Source of the DNA: a virus
Virus record (IMG/VR): IMGVR_UViG_3300020477_001849
Span: 11,651 to 75,650 of that record
Strand: one strand, 5' to 3'
DNA length: 64,000 nucleotides
A program made the position numbers and the translations under genes. Shown here piece after piece: positions 1 through 11,068 of the stretch (within the stretch, counting starts at the first letter, position 1; every line of letters starts with the position of its first letter). The notes beneath the pieces are model-generated. The model saw only the letters and a list, made by a program, of their open reading frames with translations, was not told the DNA's origin and ran no database searches.

Positions 1-3000
1 AATAGTACCGCGGTTGGTAGAGGTATGGCACCTTGCGGTAAGTATGCTGGTGCAAAATTATATTGCATCTTGGCACGCTCAAGTATATGAGATTCAATAG
101 TAAATTGTACCCCCAAGAATTCTGTCTTTTTTGGAAGTAATTGCTCTATCATAATTCCTACAGAGTCGTCAAACCACCTAAAAAACTCAAAGAATTCTTT
201 AATCTGGATCCTACCCGTTAGTCGATTGAAATAGATATCACGCAATCTCCTAAGATCTGGATAGCTAGATGCGAACAGTAGCTCTGGATTTCCTAGGGAA
301 TTCTCAAAATCTTCCAAGGTGCCAAAGATCTTAATAATATCTTCATTCAATGCCTGGACAAATGAATTCTCAATTAAAAAACGTGTGTCGTCCCAAGGCT
401 CTTCGTTCGGGGGAATTTGATATGCAGGGGCACCCTGTGTTCTTTGATCATCAATATTCTCTTGATCCAGGAAGCCCCTCACCCTAATCTTATTAAATGA
501 GCTTCTTTCATCAAATTTAGGATCAATCGTGCTGTAGTATGTTAACCACGGTTTAATAATTTCTCGTTGAGGCACAAAGCCTGCACCTAACATCATAAAC
601 CTCTGCCTCGACGGATAGACGGGGATACCTCTGCTACCAGTAAGGTTCCATGGAGCACCGTATGTGCCCGTTAGGGATAAATTTTGAGTAAAATCAAAAA
701 ATGACAGCTCACCGTTAACAGAAGATTGCGTGACTATCTGGTCCATACTAACGTCTAATCGTAATCTCTCAAATGAACCCGTGGGTGTATGAATAAAATT
801 AAAGTGTTTATTTGGGTATACTGTACCCAAAGATTCAGGGTCCCTTATATGTGCCTTAACCTCCTCGCTGGTTAATGCCTTTGACCAAAACCTTATTTTC
901 CCTATCTTACCTGAGAAGTTTGTCGACCTTGCAGTCTCAGATGAATACCTAGAATCGTTTAAGCCGGGAACATAATATCTGATTGCATTACTTTCTATTC
1001 CATTCTGGAGGCTTTGAGATCCAATCGCCAAAAAACACCCGCGGTCGATCCCGAACGCACTCGCGAAACCATCACCTGCTGATGAACATGACCACCAATC
1101 CCACACGCTAACGCTAGTGCCATATTTTGGCACTGTTGAATTTACTGATTTTGTCTCACCAAAAAAAGAGCTTGTATGATAAAATGATAAAATAGAGCCG
1201 TTATTTTGCGAGCCGGCATTTATAAAATATGATGCCGTCGGTGCATGCTCGGCAGTGCGATTAGGCTGAATTTGTTGCGGTGCCACACGCCCGAAGGATA
1301 TATGCCACTGTTGCCCATCAAATATATTGACGCCTGTCATAACTAGCTTAAATGAATTGTCAGGATCAGTCGCATTCTTGATAGACCGACCCCCAGGTCG
1401 TACATGCAACTGTAAAGATGATGTTATATTCTCGCTAATAGAGCCAGATATAGCTACACAGTTTAATAGTGCATATTGCCCTTTATTGTATGCAAGCTTC
1501 GCAGAAGTCATTCCTAACATGCCACCTGTCATATGAATTCTCATCAAACTTTGGGTCGTATGATGCCGAACTCCTGGCAGCGGAGACTCTAAAAATTGAT
1601 AAAGACCCTCGACGGTAAATGACCCGCTTGTAAACAGCCCGTCTTGAGGGTGAGTAGACCTCCCATGGGGGGGATAGAGCTTCTTATTTGCCATATTCTC
1701 AGGATTGATTGTTGGCATTCCTACCTCAAGCCTTGCACCTGATAGGAATGTTGACATTGCATGCGGAATTTTCTTATTAAAACCGGTGGGGTCATTCGAC
1801 GCCGGTAAATGAGCCGTATTCGATATTATAGACCCAGAAAAGTCTGCCATTCTTAGAATTGATCTCTTTGGCCTATACGTCTCTATTAACTCTCTAGACC
1901 GAGCACCGCCAAATTCCCTAAACTTGAAATTACTCTCAGGATCTATTCCGCATGAGCGTATAAGCGACTTAATGGAGTGTATTGTGCCCTTACTTTGTGT
2001 AATATTCCTAAGGTTTACAAGAACTCTTCGCCACATTTGGTTCTGGACAAACCTCAAGCTATTTTTACTAAATTGGGCGTTTACTAGTAAGTCTTCTCCC
2101 TCTATGTACTGTTTAATTTGAGCATTTGTATAAAAGCTTGGAAGCGGAAACCCATAGTATTGCCCTAAGAATGTCAAGAACTGGTTTGCGATCGTCCTAT
2201 CTTCTTCATACTTAACAGTTAATAACTTGCCGAACTGGTCGGTGAACATCTTTAGTTCATCAAAATATGAAGACCACATCAACATCATCAATGTGATTAT
2301 TTGAGGAGAACCTATCTTACCGCCACCGGGAAAATTAACAGATCCGGTTGCATAAGGTTTTCCTACATCACCCTCCTCAGTCTTAAATCCTTGAAATTCT
2401 TGAGACTCCAGAAGGTAATGCCTAGGAATTAACCTAGTAATTAAGTTGGGATTATTAAAATCATAGTTGCTAGCAGAAAATAGAAGCCTTTGATTTAAGC
2501 TGGCGACTGCATTCTCAGTCGGAAACAAGATCGGATTAACATCTTTTCTCTCATTCTTTAGGGGCATTGTAAGCCCGACTGTAGCTGTCTCTGATCCTCC
2601 CTCACCTCTATTTCTTGCCCTAAGAGATGAAGTAAAATTAGATATTTTTGAATGCAGCGAATTCCCTGAACTGTCTAGGACAATAAAATTGTTCGTATAC
2701 GACCCCGTGGGTTCATTGAACTTGAAATACAACCTAAGATCTTTCGAGGGAAAAACATTTTTAAATTGGAATTTTCTTTGTTGTCCCGGGGACCTAAATT
2801 CATGCCAAACCCTAAATTCGTCTATTGCTCCTGAAAATGTTTGGAGAGGTGTAAAGTATGAACTCGCTCCCGTTGATGATGTTAAAACAGTGGATCCTGA
2901 CCCAATTATAAAGTCGGAGGATTCAAATGGCAATCCTTCAAATTTATATGATGTTGCGGACTGCTCCTTGAACACGCCGCTTTGGTACATCTTTATCCTG

Positions 3001-3773
3001 TGTTGACCAGACCTCCTATCTAATGACAGACAAACATTATTGAATTTGCCTTTAGGCAGTGACATACTAGAAACTAGATTTGCTGTTCCTGACGAAACAT
3101 GCATGAATAATGAAACATTCTCCTCGGCGATGTCACTACGCTCTATGCCTACTGTCAATGCACCCTCTGAAGAAGACTTTTGTATAATGACCTGCTCATC
3201 ATGTGTATGTAAAGGCACCCATACGGTCATCTCGAATGTTAACGTTTGTATACCTGTTGGGCCTATTATTACCTGACCAGATTCATCTTTTGAGAGTGAA
3301 GGAATGAGAGATCCAGCAGCATCTTTAACTTTTATATACGTTCCTGACGACCCACCTGGAACTTGTCCCGTGTTAGTTCCTGAAAAGTGGAGGAATCCGA
3401 GATGTTTTGGAAACTGCTTGTATACCCAATGCTCGAACCCTGATAGGTCGTCTAAAAATTTCTCTAAGTCCTTTCTGTCTCCGTCAAATGGAAACCGATT
3501 AATAACCTTGTCAAAAGCGATATTAACCTTAGACTCAGCTGAATTATAAAATGTATGATTTTCAAATTTGGAGAAATCAATTGCCAGCTGTTGCGTCGAC
3601 TTTATAGGCCCGGAGGGTGCATCATACCGAAATGACGAAGTGCTTGAAATATTAGAGGAAGACAACGACGCGCCAACCTGACCTCTAAGAATATTGGCAT
3701 TATAGGTCATTCTTTTTAGGGTCTCGACTGAGAACAAGTCCCTCTGCTTAAATAACGGATTTGTCTTGGCCAT
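1..3773 (-). CDS. Large virion structural protein, probable baseplate wedge subunit with LamG/ConA-like domains; 3' end runs off the window
   Basis: Not in the ORF track because the stop lies outside the window. ATG at 3773 follows the stop of the upstream gene. My translation begins MAKTNPLFKQRDLFS...IDFSKFENHTFYNSAESKVNIAFDKVINRFPFDG, and the same frame reads ...LLPKKTEFLGVQFTIESHILERAKMQY near position 60. I checked both ends, not every codon. Lies in the baseplate cluster. Confidence 0.75.
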   Translation of the reverse strand, partial: MAKTNPLFKQRDLFSVETLKRMTYNANILRGQVGASLSSSNISSTSSFRYDAPSGPIKSTQQLAIDFSKFENHTFYNSAESKVNIAFDKVINRFPFDGDRKDLEKFLDDLSGFEHWVYKQFPKHLGFLHFSGTNTGQVPGGSSGTYIKVKDAAGSLIPSLSKDESGQVIIGPTGIQTLTFEMTVWVPLHTHDEQVIIQKSSSEGALTVGIERSDIAEENVSLFMHVSSGTANLVSSMSLPKGKFNNVCLSLDRRSGQHRIKMYQSGVFKEQSATSYKFEGLPFESSDFIIGSGSTVLTSSTGASSYFTPLQTFSGAIDEFRVWHEFRSPGQQRKFQFKNVFPSKDLRLYFKFNEPTGSYTNNFIVLDSSGNSLHSKISNFTSSLRARNRGEGGSETATVGLTMPLKNERKDVNPILFPTENAVASLNQRLLFSASNYDFNNPNLITRLIPRHYLLESQEFQGFKTEEGDVGKPYATGSVNFPGGGKIGSPQIITLMMLMWSSYFDELKMFTDQFGKLLTVKYEEDRTIANQFLTFLGQYYGFPLPSFYTNAQIKQYIEGEDLLVNAQFSKNSLRFVQNQMWRRVLVNLRNITQSKGTIHSIKSLIRSCGIDPESNFKFREFGGARSRELIETYRPKRSILRMADFSGSIISNTAHLPASNDPTGFNKKIPHAMSTFLSGARLEVGMPTINPENMANKKLYPPHGRSTHPQDGLFTSGSFTVEGLYQFLESPLPGVRHHTTQSLMRIHMTGGMLGMTSAKLAYNKGQYALLNCVAISGSISENITSSLQLHVRPGGRSIKNATDPDNSFKLVMTGVNIFDGQQWHISFGRVAPQQIQPNRTAEHAPTASYFINAGSQNNGSILSFYHTSSFFGETKSVNSTVPKYGTSVSVWDWWSCSSAGDGFASAFGIDRGCFLAIGSQSLQNGIESNAIRYYVPGLNDSRYSSETARSTNFSGKIGKIRFWSKALTSEEVKAHIRDPESLGTVYPNKHFNFIHTPTGSFERLRLDVSMDQIVTQSSVNGELSFFDFTQNLSLTGTYGAPWNLTGSRGIPVYPSRQRFMMLGAGFVPQREIIKPWLTYYSTIDPKFDERSSFNKIRVRGFLDQENIDDQRTQGAPAYQIPPNEEPWDDTRFLIENSFVQALNEDIIKIFGTLEDFENSLGNPELLFASSYPDLRRLRDIYFNRLTGRIQIKEFFEFFRWFDDSVGIMIEQLLPKKTEFLGVQFTIESHILERAKMQYNFAPAYLPQGAIPLPTAVL

Positions 3774-3776
3774 GTC

Positions 3777-5384
3777 TTAATCCACCCTAAATCTCACATT
3801 TTTAGCTTCTTGGATTAATTCTAACCCAGCTTCCTTGATTAGAAAATCAATTGTATATGTCCTACCCTTTGGTAGATAATCTACGTATGTCTCAAAAAAC
3901 ATGCCTTTGGAATCGCTAGATAGCCTAGTAGCATTATTTTTCTCCTCAAATGGTACCCATACATAATCATCATCTATATCTCTAATTCTGTAATACACTT
4001 CTTCTAAAATAACACTCTTTAAATTGTAGGGTAACCTCGCAGCCTTTTGATTCGCAGCAAAATCACGTACAAAAACCCTAAACATTACTTTTTCATTGGA
4101 CTTATAGGAATTTTTTGCATTTGTGACTATCATATCAAGCCGCTTGGGTGCAATATTAAATGATGTAGGGTCATTTCTACCCACAGTTAAACTACCGGTA
4201 TAGTAACCCACTTTCCCATCAACAGAACCCCATATTTCATCAAAGGTTATTGATCCACTGGCTATAACAAAATCTATGACCCTTGTACTACCGAATATGA
4301 CACCGGTGTCTTGGCTAGATATAGCAAATGATGCAGAGTATACACCTGTCATGTAGTTGAATATCCTGGTATCAGCTCCAGCTGCAGATATAGAATTATT
4401 TAGAACCTTTGTTCCAGCCTGGTGCTGAGATGCTGAAATTTGCTTACTGTATGAACCTGATTCTATTTTTAGAATCATGCAATCCGTACCAGTGACTTCA
4501 GAGGCAGCAGTACCAGACAATATGCTCGCAGGAATTCCTCTTTTAAAATTCTTAAGAAATACGGACCCGGTTAAATCAAAAAATAGATTTTGGTGTTGAT
4601 CTTTTATGGTGTCATCGTACGTAACAACAAGTCTAGGAATTTTTGTCTTATCTCTTACATGCCGACTTGCAAACCTCTTAACAAATCTAGTTTTTGCATC
4701 ATTTTCTTCTGAGCCTGTGAATGACAATCTCCACCCGCAGTCAGGTAACACCCCCGCAATGGTTGCTGAGACAATTGTCGTCACATCCATAGACAGGTTC
4801 TCGCTTCCCTGCTTAAATAACTGTGAAACCCCTAATCCTGTGGTACCGTTTCCATCATTTAAATTTCCGGAAACTATAATATCAATATCAGCAGGGTATC
4901 CGGTGCCGGATGTCTTGTCAATAGTGCCTTGCGCATTTGCCCCAGAAAGATACCATGCAACATTTGATGCATTTTTATAAGATGCAGTAACAAAATTTGC
5001 AACGTCTAAATCAGAAAATGACACTACGTTCTTGCCAATCCCTTCGTCAAATGATTGTGAGAGTGGAAAAAGCATTAATGTAAAATTAGTGGGGGTTACT
5101 TGGCCACCCATAATATCGAAAAGCTCTAATGTACACTTGAAGTCAGAGCCATCTAGGTTCAAATTTTCCCTTGATAACTTTTCTATTCTCTCAAAATCAA
5201 ATTTTATTAGCCCTCGTGATAACTCTACAGGATTATCCACACCGGTCAGAAATGATTCATCATAAAGCTTAAACAAATCGATGGTGGAAGCTTTTCCCGT
5301 ATTAGCATCTGAGGCACTAAACGCATTCGATATAATCTTATTCGTGATATATGTGTCTTTGCTAGCAGTTAATGTAAGATACAA
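3777..5384 (-). CDS. Virion structural protein (baseplate-associated), function unknown
   Basis: 535 aa, TTG start after AGGAGG. Ser/Gly/Thr-rich beta-type sequence beginning ASKDTYIT, between baseplate genes. Confidence 0.6.
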   Translation of the reverse strand: MYLTLTASKDTYITNKIISNAFSASDANTGKASTIDLFKLYDESFLTGVDNPVELSRGLIKFDFERIEKLSRENLNLDGSDFKCTLELFDIMGGQVTPTNFTLMLFPLSQSFDEGIGKNVVSFSDLDVANFVTASYKNASNVAWYLSGANAQGTIDKTSGTGYPADIDIIVSGNLNDGNGTTGLGVSQLFKQGSENLSMDVTTIVSATIAGVLPDCGWRLSFTGSEENDAKTRFVKRFASRHVRDKTKIPRLVVTYDDTIKDQHQNLFFDLTGSVFLKNFKRGIPASILSGTAASEVTGTDCMILKIESGSYSKQISASQHQAGTKVLNNSISAAGADTRIFNYMTGVYSASFAISSQDTGVIFGSTRVIDFVIASGSITFDEIWGSVDGKVGYYTGSLTVGRNDPTSFNIAPKRLDMIVTNAKNSYKSNEKVMFRVFVRDFAANQKAARLPYNLKSVILEEVYYRIRDIDDDYVWVPFEEKNNATRLSSDSKGMFFETYVDYLPKGRTYTIDFLIKEAGLELIQEAKNVRFRVD

Positions 5385-5393
5385 AATACCCTC

Positions 5394-7247
5394 CTATGAA
5401 GCAGTGCCAATTATGTCGAAATCCGGATATCTTAACTCGAATATCCCTCCCTCCATAGGAACAATCATTCCTTTTATATTCATCTTAGATGGTTCAAATC
5501 CTATTATAGAATATTCCCTACCGTTGACTATTCCCACACGAGGTATTATTTTTGGCATCTCTTGAATTGCTATAACCCCCTCGGTATTAACAATAATATT
5601 AACAATATCAGATGTCACTATTGGTTGGCCTATCTGGAAATTCTCTATAGTTAAGATATCCCTAATGTTAGCTATAACCTCCTGAACAACTGTTGACTTA
5701 TTGGAGGATGGGTGCGTGACAATCGAAAACTCTACGCCGAAGTTTAGAACCCGCGTATCCAAGATGTCCACTGCATCCGAAACTAGCCTAAATTCATTTA
5801 AGTACTTTCTTAAATTCTTTTTTAGTGCATCTGGAGATACAGTTAACCTACCTTCCCTGTCTAGGCTAATAACATAAAGATTAGATGCAAGAGGGTTCAT
5901 TGGATTATTTGTAGCCATGGCACGATACACCCTCCCAAACCTAGCAGGTAATGTAAATATCCTGGCATATAAATCTGACCTTGTAACCATGCGGGCTTGT
6001 GAATTTCTCGTGGATGCTATTGCAGCCCTGAGATCGTCTAGGGTAGGGGGATTTAATCCTCCCCCCGCCGGTTGTGTGTTTATAGCTGCGATAGACTGCT
6101 TGACACCGTCCGACATTGCTTTTGTTATGCTAGTGTTAGGAAACAATATCTGTAGAGTCTCTATAGTATTAATTGAATTTGCATTTACGTTATGTGATAA
6201 CCCACCCCCAAAACGATACTTGATAGAAAGAGTAGTATTAACTGGTGCAATTCCCAATGTTTTTGTCTCTAGTAATGAGTTGGGATCTATAACGAACCTA
6301 GAGAATGTTTTCTTTCCATATAGCTTTAAGGCTAACTCGCTAGGGTCGGGAATAATGTCATCGTTAAGAGACTTAGCTGTTCCACCACCGAACTGTAGGG
6401 TTGTTATTTTTGTCTTAGGGTCCACTATCTTTACGAACCTGCGAGGGGCAGGTATGATCTCCATATCCTGCTCTACAAGCGCGCCTTCGGCGTCCGGACG
6501 TAGCTTTCCGCCGTATACGACATCATCAACCAATGAAGAAACCTCATAATACTGGTTTCCGTTTGTGTCATAGACGGATATTACTTCAGTCACATTAACA
6601 TTCCCTAAATCTATTTGCCTAAAGGGTTCATGTACATTAGGGATAAAAAATGTCTCGGTTGTTTCTTGGCCTGAAACACAAATACCTTTTTGCGAAATAT
6701 TATAGGCTGTAGGGGCTCCCTCATAGTCTACGCCGGCTATCGAAACATCTGCCCTAAGATCTCCGGACTTAAACTGGCTACCCATGTTAATGTCTTCTAT
6801 CAGCGTAAATTTTATGCCACCAGGACCGACTAAAACTGTTCCCTGTTGTATAATGGGCAATGCTGTCCTATTTGGACTACGTACACCATATGAATTTTCT
6901 TGATGTGGAACTTGAATAGAGAATGTAATCTCAGCAACCGCAGGAGAAGCTGTCACTATATCCACGCCGGCGTTCCTCAGGTGTGATATCACATTATCAG
7001 GTTCTATTGCAGTAAATGGATTTAGCTCATTAAATTGATGATCTAGATAAAAAGACAGGTTGTCACCAACCATTGCTGCAAAGTCTAGTAGCATTCCCCC
7101 TAATGACGACTCAGAAAAATCTTGTATCTTATCAGGAAAATAAGTCTTTGCATATCCCAATAAGTCTGCCCTTAGGCTATCAAAATCCTTTGCTAGGTAT
7201 GTCCTACTACTTACATTCTTTAATTTATTCTTAATATCTTTTGGCAT
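5394..7247 (-). CDS. Baseplate wedge protein (T4 gp6 / baseplate J-like)
   Basis: N-terminal YLAKDFDSLRADL...YFPDKIQDFSESSLGGMLLDFAAMVGDNLSFYLD, plus LQFGGG, YRFGGG, AGGG and QARMVTRSD motifs typical of gp6-like wedges. Directly downstream of the gp25-like gene. Confidence 0.85.
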   Translation of the reverse strand: MPKDIKNKLKNVSSRTYLAKDFDSLRADLLGYAKTYFPDKIQDFSESSLGGMLLDFAAMVGDNLSFYLDHQFNELNPFTAIEPDNVISHLRNAGVDIVTASPAVAEITFSIQVPHQENSYGVRSPNRTALPIIQQGTVLVGPGGIKFTLIEDINMGSQFKSGDLRADVSIAGVDYEGAPTAYNISQKGICVSGQETTETFFIPNVHEPFRQIDLGNVNVTEVISVYDTNGNQYYEVSSLVDDVVYGGKLRPDAEGALVEQDMEIIPAPRRFVKIVDPKTKITTLQFGGGTAKSLNDDIIPDPSELALKLYGKKTFSRFVIDPNSLLETKTLGIAPVNTTLSIKYRFGGGLSHNVNANSINTIETLQILFPNTSITKAMSDGVKQSIAAINTQPAGGGLNPPTLDDLRAAIASTRNSQARMVTRSDLYARIFTLPARFGRVYRAMATNNPMNPLASNLYVISLDREGRLTVSPDALKKNLRKYLNEFRLVSDAVDILDTRVLNFGVEFSIVTHPSSNKSTVVQEVIANIRDILTIENFQIGQPIVTSDIVNIIVNTEGVIAIQEMPKIIPRVGIVNGREYSIIGFEPSKMNIKGMIVPMEGGIFELRYPDFDIIGTAS

Positions 7248-7253
7248 AAATTA

Positions 7254-7736
7254 TCATCCTGCTACATATAGCATTACCTGGACCTGTTTATCAAATGCAT
7301 TTAAAAGAGGGATATCAAATGTTACCCTAATTCCAATCTTAGCAACATCTTTGTTGTCAAGGTGATCTGTAAAGGTTGTGAAGTCCTTTAAGGTTATAAA
7401 TGGCATATATTTTGCAGATGTAGCAGATATTCTCTCCATTGCTACAGCATCGATATCTTCACTGCCAAGTTCAAATGTTAATTCTCTTAAATTTGCACCA
7501 AAGTCATAATGAACCATCCTCTCACCATGATTTGTTAAGACCATATTTCGAAAATTATCTACCATCTGATCCCCAATGTCTTTATGCATCTTAAATAAAC
7601 CGTCATCAGTTTCGCCATACTCTATGGGTGTTTTAATACCCAAGGGTAATGCATCCTGTTGTGGTAACAGCTGCTGCTCATCTAAGCTGGAAAGACCTGA
7701 GCTGATGAAACTGTATGTCTTTTGGTTTTGTGGCAT
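7254..7736 (-). CDS. Baseplate wedge gp25-like (GPW/gp25 family) protein
   Basis: NFRNMVLTNHGERMVHYDFGANLRELTFE matches the gp25 signature LxTxxGERxxxPxFG. Confidence 0.88.
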   Translation of the reverse strand: MPQNQKTYSFISSGLSSLDEQQLLPQQDALPLGIKTPIEYGETDDGLFKMHKDIGDQMVDNFRNMVLTNHGERMVHYDFGANLRELTFELGSEDIDAVAMERISATSAKYMPFITLKDFTTFTDHLDNKDVAKIGIRVTFDIPLLNAFDKQVQVMLYVAG

Positions 7737-7766
7737 TCTCTGCTCTATAGAGTTGTCGTTATGGAT

Positions 7767-7773
7767 TAAATAT
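7767..7773 (-). promoter_or_regulatory. Putative late-promoter motif ATANTTA (ATATTTA) upstream of the gp25/gp6 genes
   Basis: 30 nt upstream of the gp25-like ATG. The same 7-mer recurs upstream of several other minus-strand genes (see findings). Confidence 0.45.
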
Positions 7774-7871
7774 GTACTCTAGCAAATCCTATAACGAATA
7801 GAGCTTAAATAAAACACGCGTAGTGATATATACGCTAAAAGATATACAAATATCTTAAGATATGACGGCTA

Positions 7872-9089
7872 TTAGCTGTCTTTTGTAATAATCGGTGGGA
7901 GTGCTAGAATCCTCAAGTCACCGGGTGGTAGGCATGCTAGTAGGTGATGCATATGTATCGCTTTCCAGTTAACGGTACCAATTTCTGGCATCTCTTGAAC
8001 AGAGTATGGCTCCGTAACAGGTGGAATGGGCACAGCATTCAAATCATCTAAGTTGGCAGAGATTGCCGAAGTGCCTGGATCGGGGACGCTCAGTGATAAT
8101 AATTTAGCGGATCCCTGGGTCAATGCCATCCCAATATCTGTATCTACTACATTGGCGGCACCCAATATAAGGCCGGTCCATGCGGCAAGCACATCACCAA
8201 GTACTTTACCCAGCAGGCCCTCGTCTTCTGAAGCTGCCAACTTCTCATATGTCTCTTCACCTGCTGCTAATCCTAAGGACAACAAGACCTCATCAGGCTT
8301 TGTCGCCAAAAGTGCCATTACCGGAATTGCAGGAAGTGGAGGAATCATATATGCTGTTGCAACCTCGGGTGCAATAACCTCGTTAAATACCGTAAATAAT
8401 ACTGGAGCAACAGCATCAATTATCTTTTGTCCGTCCTCATCACCGTATAATGCCTTCACAGAATCCTGAAGAAGTGCAGGGGCACCTGCTGATATTGCAG
8501 GAAGCGATCCACCTGCCTGTAGAATACTATCTTTTACAATCCAGTCAAGTGCATTAAATACTGTATCATCACCACCATTACCATGGGGATCAATGTTGAA
8601 CCCCCCCGGGGCCCCGTCCCACTCTAAACCTAGGTCCGGTGGGGCAGGCTGGCCTGAATATGATGTTACAACGGCCATTAGCAGGTTTGCATACCCTAGC
8701 GGATCTTTAATGTCCATCGGGGCATCAAGTTGTGTCGTAGATCGTAAGATAATTGCCTTCATCATCGCAAGCTTATCTCTGGCCCAGGAGGCATCTTTAA
8801 GAGTATTCTCATCCGGTATTGAATCATCATTAAAGCGTCCGACAATATATGAAAATACAGGTTTTTTTGCGCCGAGCCGAACTGCGGGGTTGGGGTCGGT
8901 TGCAAGTGCCTCCATGTACACCTTTGACGCGCTCATTTTCACATTTGCTAGTGTCGGAGACATGTCACCGGCTTGAAGGACTGGGTTTTGAGGGGGAATA
9001 GTGGGTACGGTACCTGCCCCCGCATTTCCTGTAAACCCGGGCTTGTATAGGGGGTCATTATCTATAGTCTCTTCATATACTTCAGGCAT
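7872..9089 (-). CDS. Hypothetical acidic, Pro/Ala-rich protein, probably virion-associated
   Basis: 405 aa, start overlaps the stop of the gp5-like gene. No motif recognised. Confidence 0.5.
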   Translation of the reverse strand: MPEVYEETIDNDPLYKPGFTGNAGAGTVPTIPPQNPVLQAGDMSPTLANVKMSASKVYMEALATDPNPAVRLGAKKPVFSYIVGRFNDDSIPDENTLKDASWARDKLAMMKAIILRSTTQLDAPMDIKDPLGYANLLMAVVTSYSGQPAPPDLGLEWDGAPGGFNIDPHGNGGDDTVFNALDWIVKDSILQAGGSLPAISAGAPALLQDSVKALYGDEDGQKIIDAVAPVLFTVFNEVIAPEVATAYMIPPLPAIPVMALLATKPDEVLLSLGLAAGEETYEKLAASEDEGLLGKVLGDVLAAWTGLILGAANVVDTDIGMALTQGSAKLLSLSVPDPGTSAISANLDDLNAVPIPPVTEPYSVQEMPEIGTVNWKAIHMHHLLACLPPGDLRILALPPIITKDS

Positions 9090-10699
9090 TAGGCATCATT
9101 CTTCATGAAGATTGTTTTACTTTTCATCTGGGTCAGCTTGCCCTGTAACGTTGTGGCCGCCGTTACGACAGGACTGTCAGGGACACCTAGGTTGCATATT
9201 GACAATGTGAGGTTCGTACAGAATTCATCCAATAGTTCCACAAGTTTATCACCCATCACTGCAGCCTGAGCCTTTGACTTTGCTGGATCCCCCAAAAATA
9301 TCTGGTCTGCCTGCCCGTCGCCTATAAATACCTCTTTTGCATCAATAGCAACTTTTCCACCTGGTAATAGTGAAACAGAACACCTGTTTGCAGGGTCGGC
9401 GCCTTCCCTAATTATTAGAATTGAACCATCCGCCGGTGGCTTTGTAGCAGGATCCTTCCTGGCAACTATTCGAACCTCATTGGATTTCATTATCACATAA
9501 GCATTATCATCAACGGCCTTGACCTTAAGGTCATTCTTAACAAAATCACCTAGAGAATCCAGCAGCTTAAAGTTGGTATCACCTGATGTTTTCATTGAGA
9601 TATACACACGTGAAAGGTCGGACATGAAATCCGGATCACCCTCCTGTGGGTTTGCATACCAGTTATTTTTTACTAGAATTATCTCTTCATTATCTTCAGG
9701 TGTAGCATCAGTGCCGGCTGGTGAAAAATCTGATCCGAAATTAACAGGGTTCTTATTTGTCTCTTTCCAACTACGTGTATTTGCTATGGTGAAAGGCTTA
9801 GTCCCATCAACCTGACCTCTGCCTGCGACGATATCGATTGTCCCCTTAAGTGCCGGTTCTTTTGCAGCACTTATACTATCCCCCCTATTCCCAAATGGAA
9901 ATCCCTTATCAACCTTAATATTTGCATTACTGACAGTTGTCCCATCACCCTTTGCGGGGTCGGTTGAGCTTTTGTCAGGGGTATTAGTGCCTGTGAAACC
10001 CCTATCTTCACCAAGGCATATCAGTGTATTATTCGACCCCTGCAGGGCTAAATCACCTGGACGCTTAGTAAACCTAGGAACTGCCTCAAAATTTACTGAC
10101 TTATTCGATATCGAGCCAGTAAAAATCATATCATAATCATCTGGCATCGCTAGGGTAAATGTATCATCAGTGTCAGTGCCATTCATGAATGCCGGCTTAT
10201 CGGGAGGTGTTTCTGACTTAATCTTCGTAGCAACCTCCATCAACGTTCGGTCCCAATGGGTAAAGTTGATATCATCGACGAAGTCAGCAGCTGGAATTCT
10301 ACACAGCCAGAACATTAGATCTGATGTTGTTGTTGGATCGGGATCTATTAGAAAAACAGTCTCACCTGCCTTAACCGGTAGTCCTATGTGGGGAGGAAAA
10401 ATAGGATAAGCAACAGACACCTTTTGTCCTTGCGCTGACTTAGCACGATCCAAGCCCCCTGTGACATCCCTAACCAGAATTGAATTACGGGGAGCCGATA
10501 TCAGGTATGCACTATTCTGACATTCATCAAAGTATATATCCCTCTGCTTAGCAGGAATAGCACCTGGGTCATTTAGTACCTCTACAACGACACCAAACCT
10601 TAAGGTGGGTTGTGCCGGTGCTTCCGCCTCCGCAAATGCGGATGTAGGATTTGAGTCGCTAGCCAGGTAATCGACATAGTCAAAATTGCGTCCGGCCAT
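9089..10699 (-). CDS. Baseplate central spike/hub protein (gp5-like: OB-fold plus beta-helix)
   Basis: N-terminal AYPIFPPHIGLPVKAGETVFL (OB-fold-like), KRPGDLALQGSNNTLICLG, and C-terminal beta-helix-like IDAKEVFIG...AVMGDKL. Upstream of gp25/gp6. Confidence 0.65.
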   Translation of the reverse strand: MAGRNFDYVDYLASDSNPTSAFAEAEAPAQPTLRFGVVVEVLNDPGAIPAKQRDIYFDECQNSAYLISAPRNSILVRDVTGGLDRAKSAQGQKVSVAYPIFPPHIGLPVKAGETVFLIDPDPTTTSDLMFWLCRIPAADFVDDINFTHWDRTLMEVATKIKSETPPDKPAFMNGTDTDDTFTLAMPDDYDMIFTGSISNKSVNFEAVPRFTKRPGDLALQGSNNTLICLGEDRGFTGTNTPDKSSTDPAKGDGTTVSNANIKVDKGFPFGNRGDSISAAKEPALKGTIDIVAGRGQVDGTKPFTIANTRSWKETNKNPVNFGSDFSPAGTDATPEDNEEIILVKNNWYANPQEGDPDFMSDLSRVYISMKTSGDTNFKLLDSLGDFVKNDLKVKAVDDNAYVIMKSNEVRIVARKDPATKPPADGSILIIREGADPANRCSVSLLPGGKVAIDAKEVFIGDGQADQIFLGDPAKSKAQAAVMGDKLVELLDEFCTNLTLSICNLGVPDSPVVTAATTLQGKLTQMKSKTIFMKNDA

Positions 10700-10702
10700 G
10701 AT

Positions 10703-11068
10703 TTAATCCTCTATTTGTGCAAAAATATCATCCGGATTAACACGGGCAGCTCTCTCTTCACATTTTGTTATCAGTTCGGCTAGCCGCAGTATCTGGTCAT
10801 TCGATTTACACATTCGCTCGATATACTTCGACAATGTAGGCCCTAGGGTAACATGCTCAGTAGTCCCTGATTGCATTTGTTGAAATGCATCAGTAAATAA
10901 CATGCCTGCATTCTCCCTATCCATTACTGCATTATGGTATATCTCTTTCCATAACAGCTTCTTTTTATCCTCTGATGCATCTATTGAATCAAGTAGCTCT
11001 GCAAAGTCTGCTACTTTTTGCTGGCTGTTCCTATACTTGTCAAACATCTTATCGACATCATTACTCAT
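10703..11068 (-). CDS. Conserved-looking helical phage protein, function unknown (small terminase subunit is one possibility)
   Basis: 121 aa, all-alpha, between the sigma factor and the spike gene, overlapping the sigma stop. Confidence 0.45.
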   Translation of the reverse strand: MSNDVDKMFDKYRNSQQKVADFAELLDSIDASEDKKKLLWKEIYHNAVMDRENAGMLFTDAFQQMQSGTTEHVTLGPTLSKYIERMCKSNDQILRLAELITKCEERAARVNPDDIFAQIED

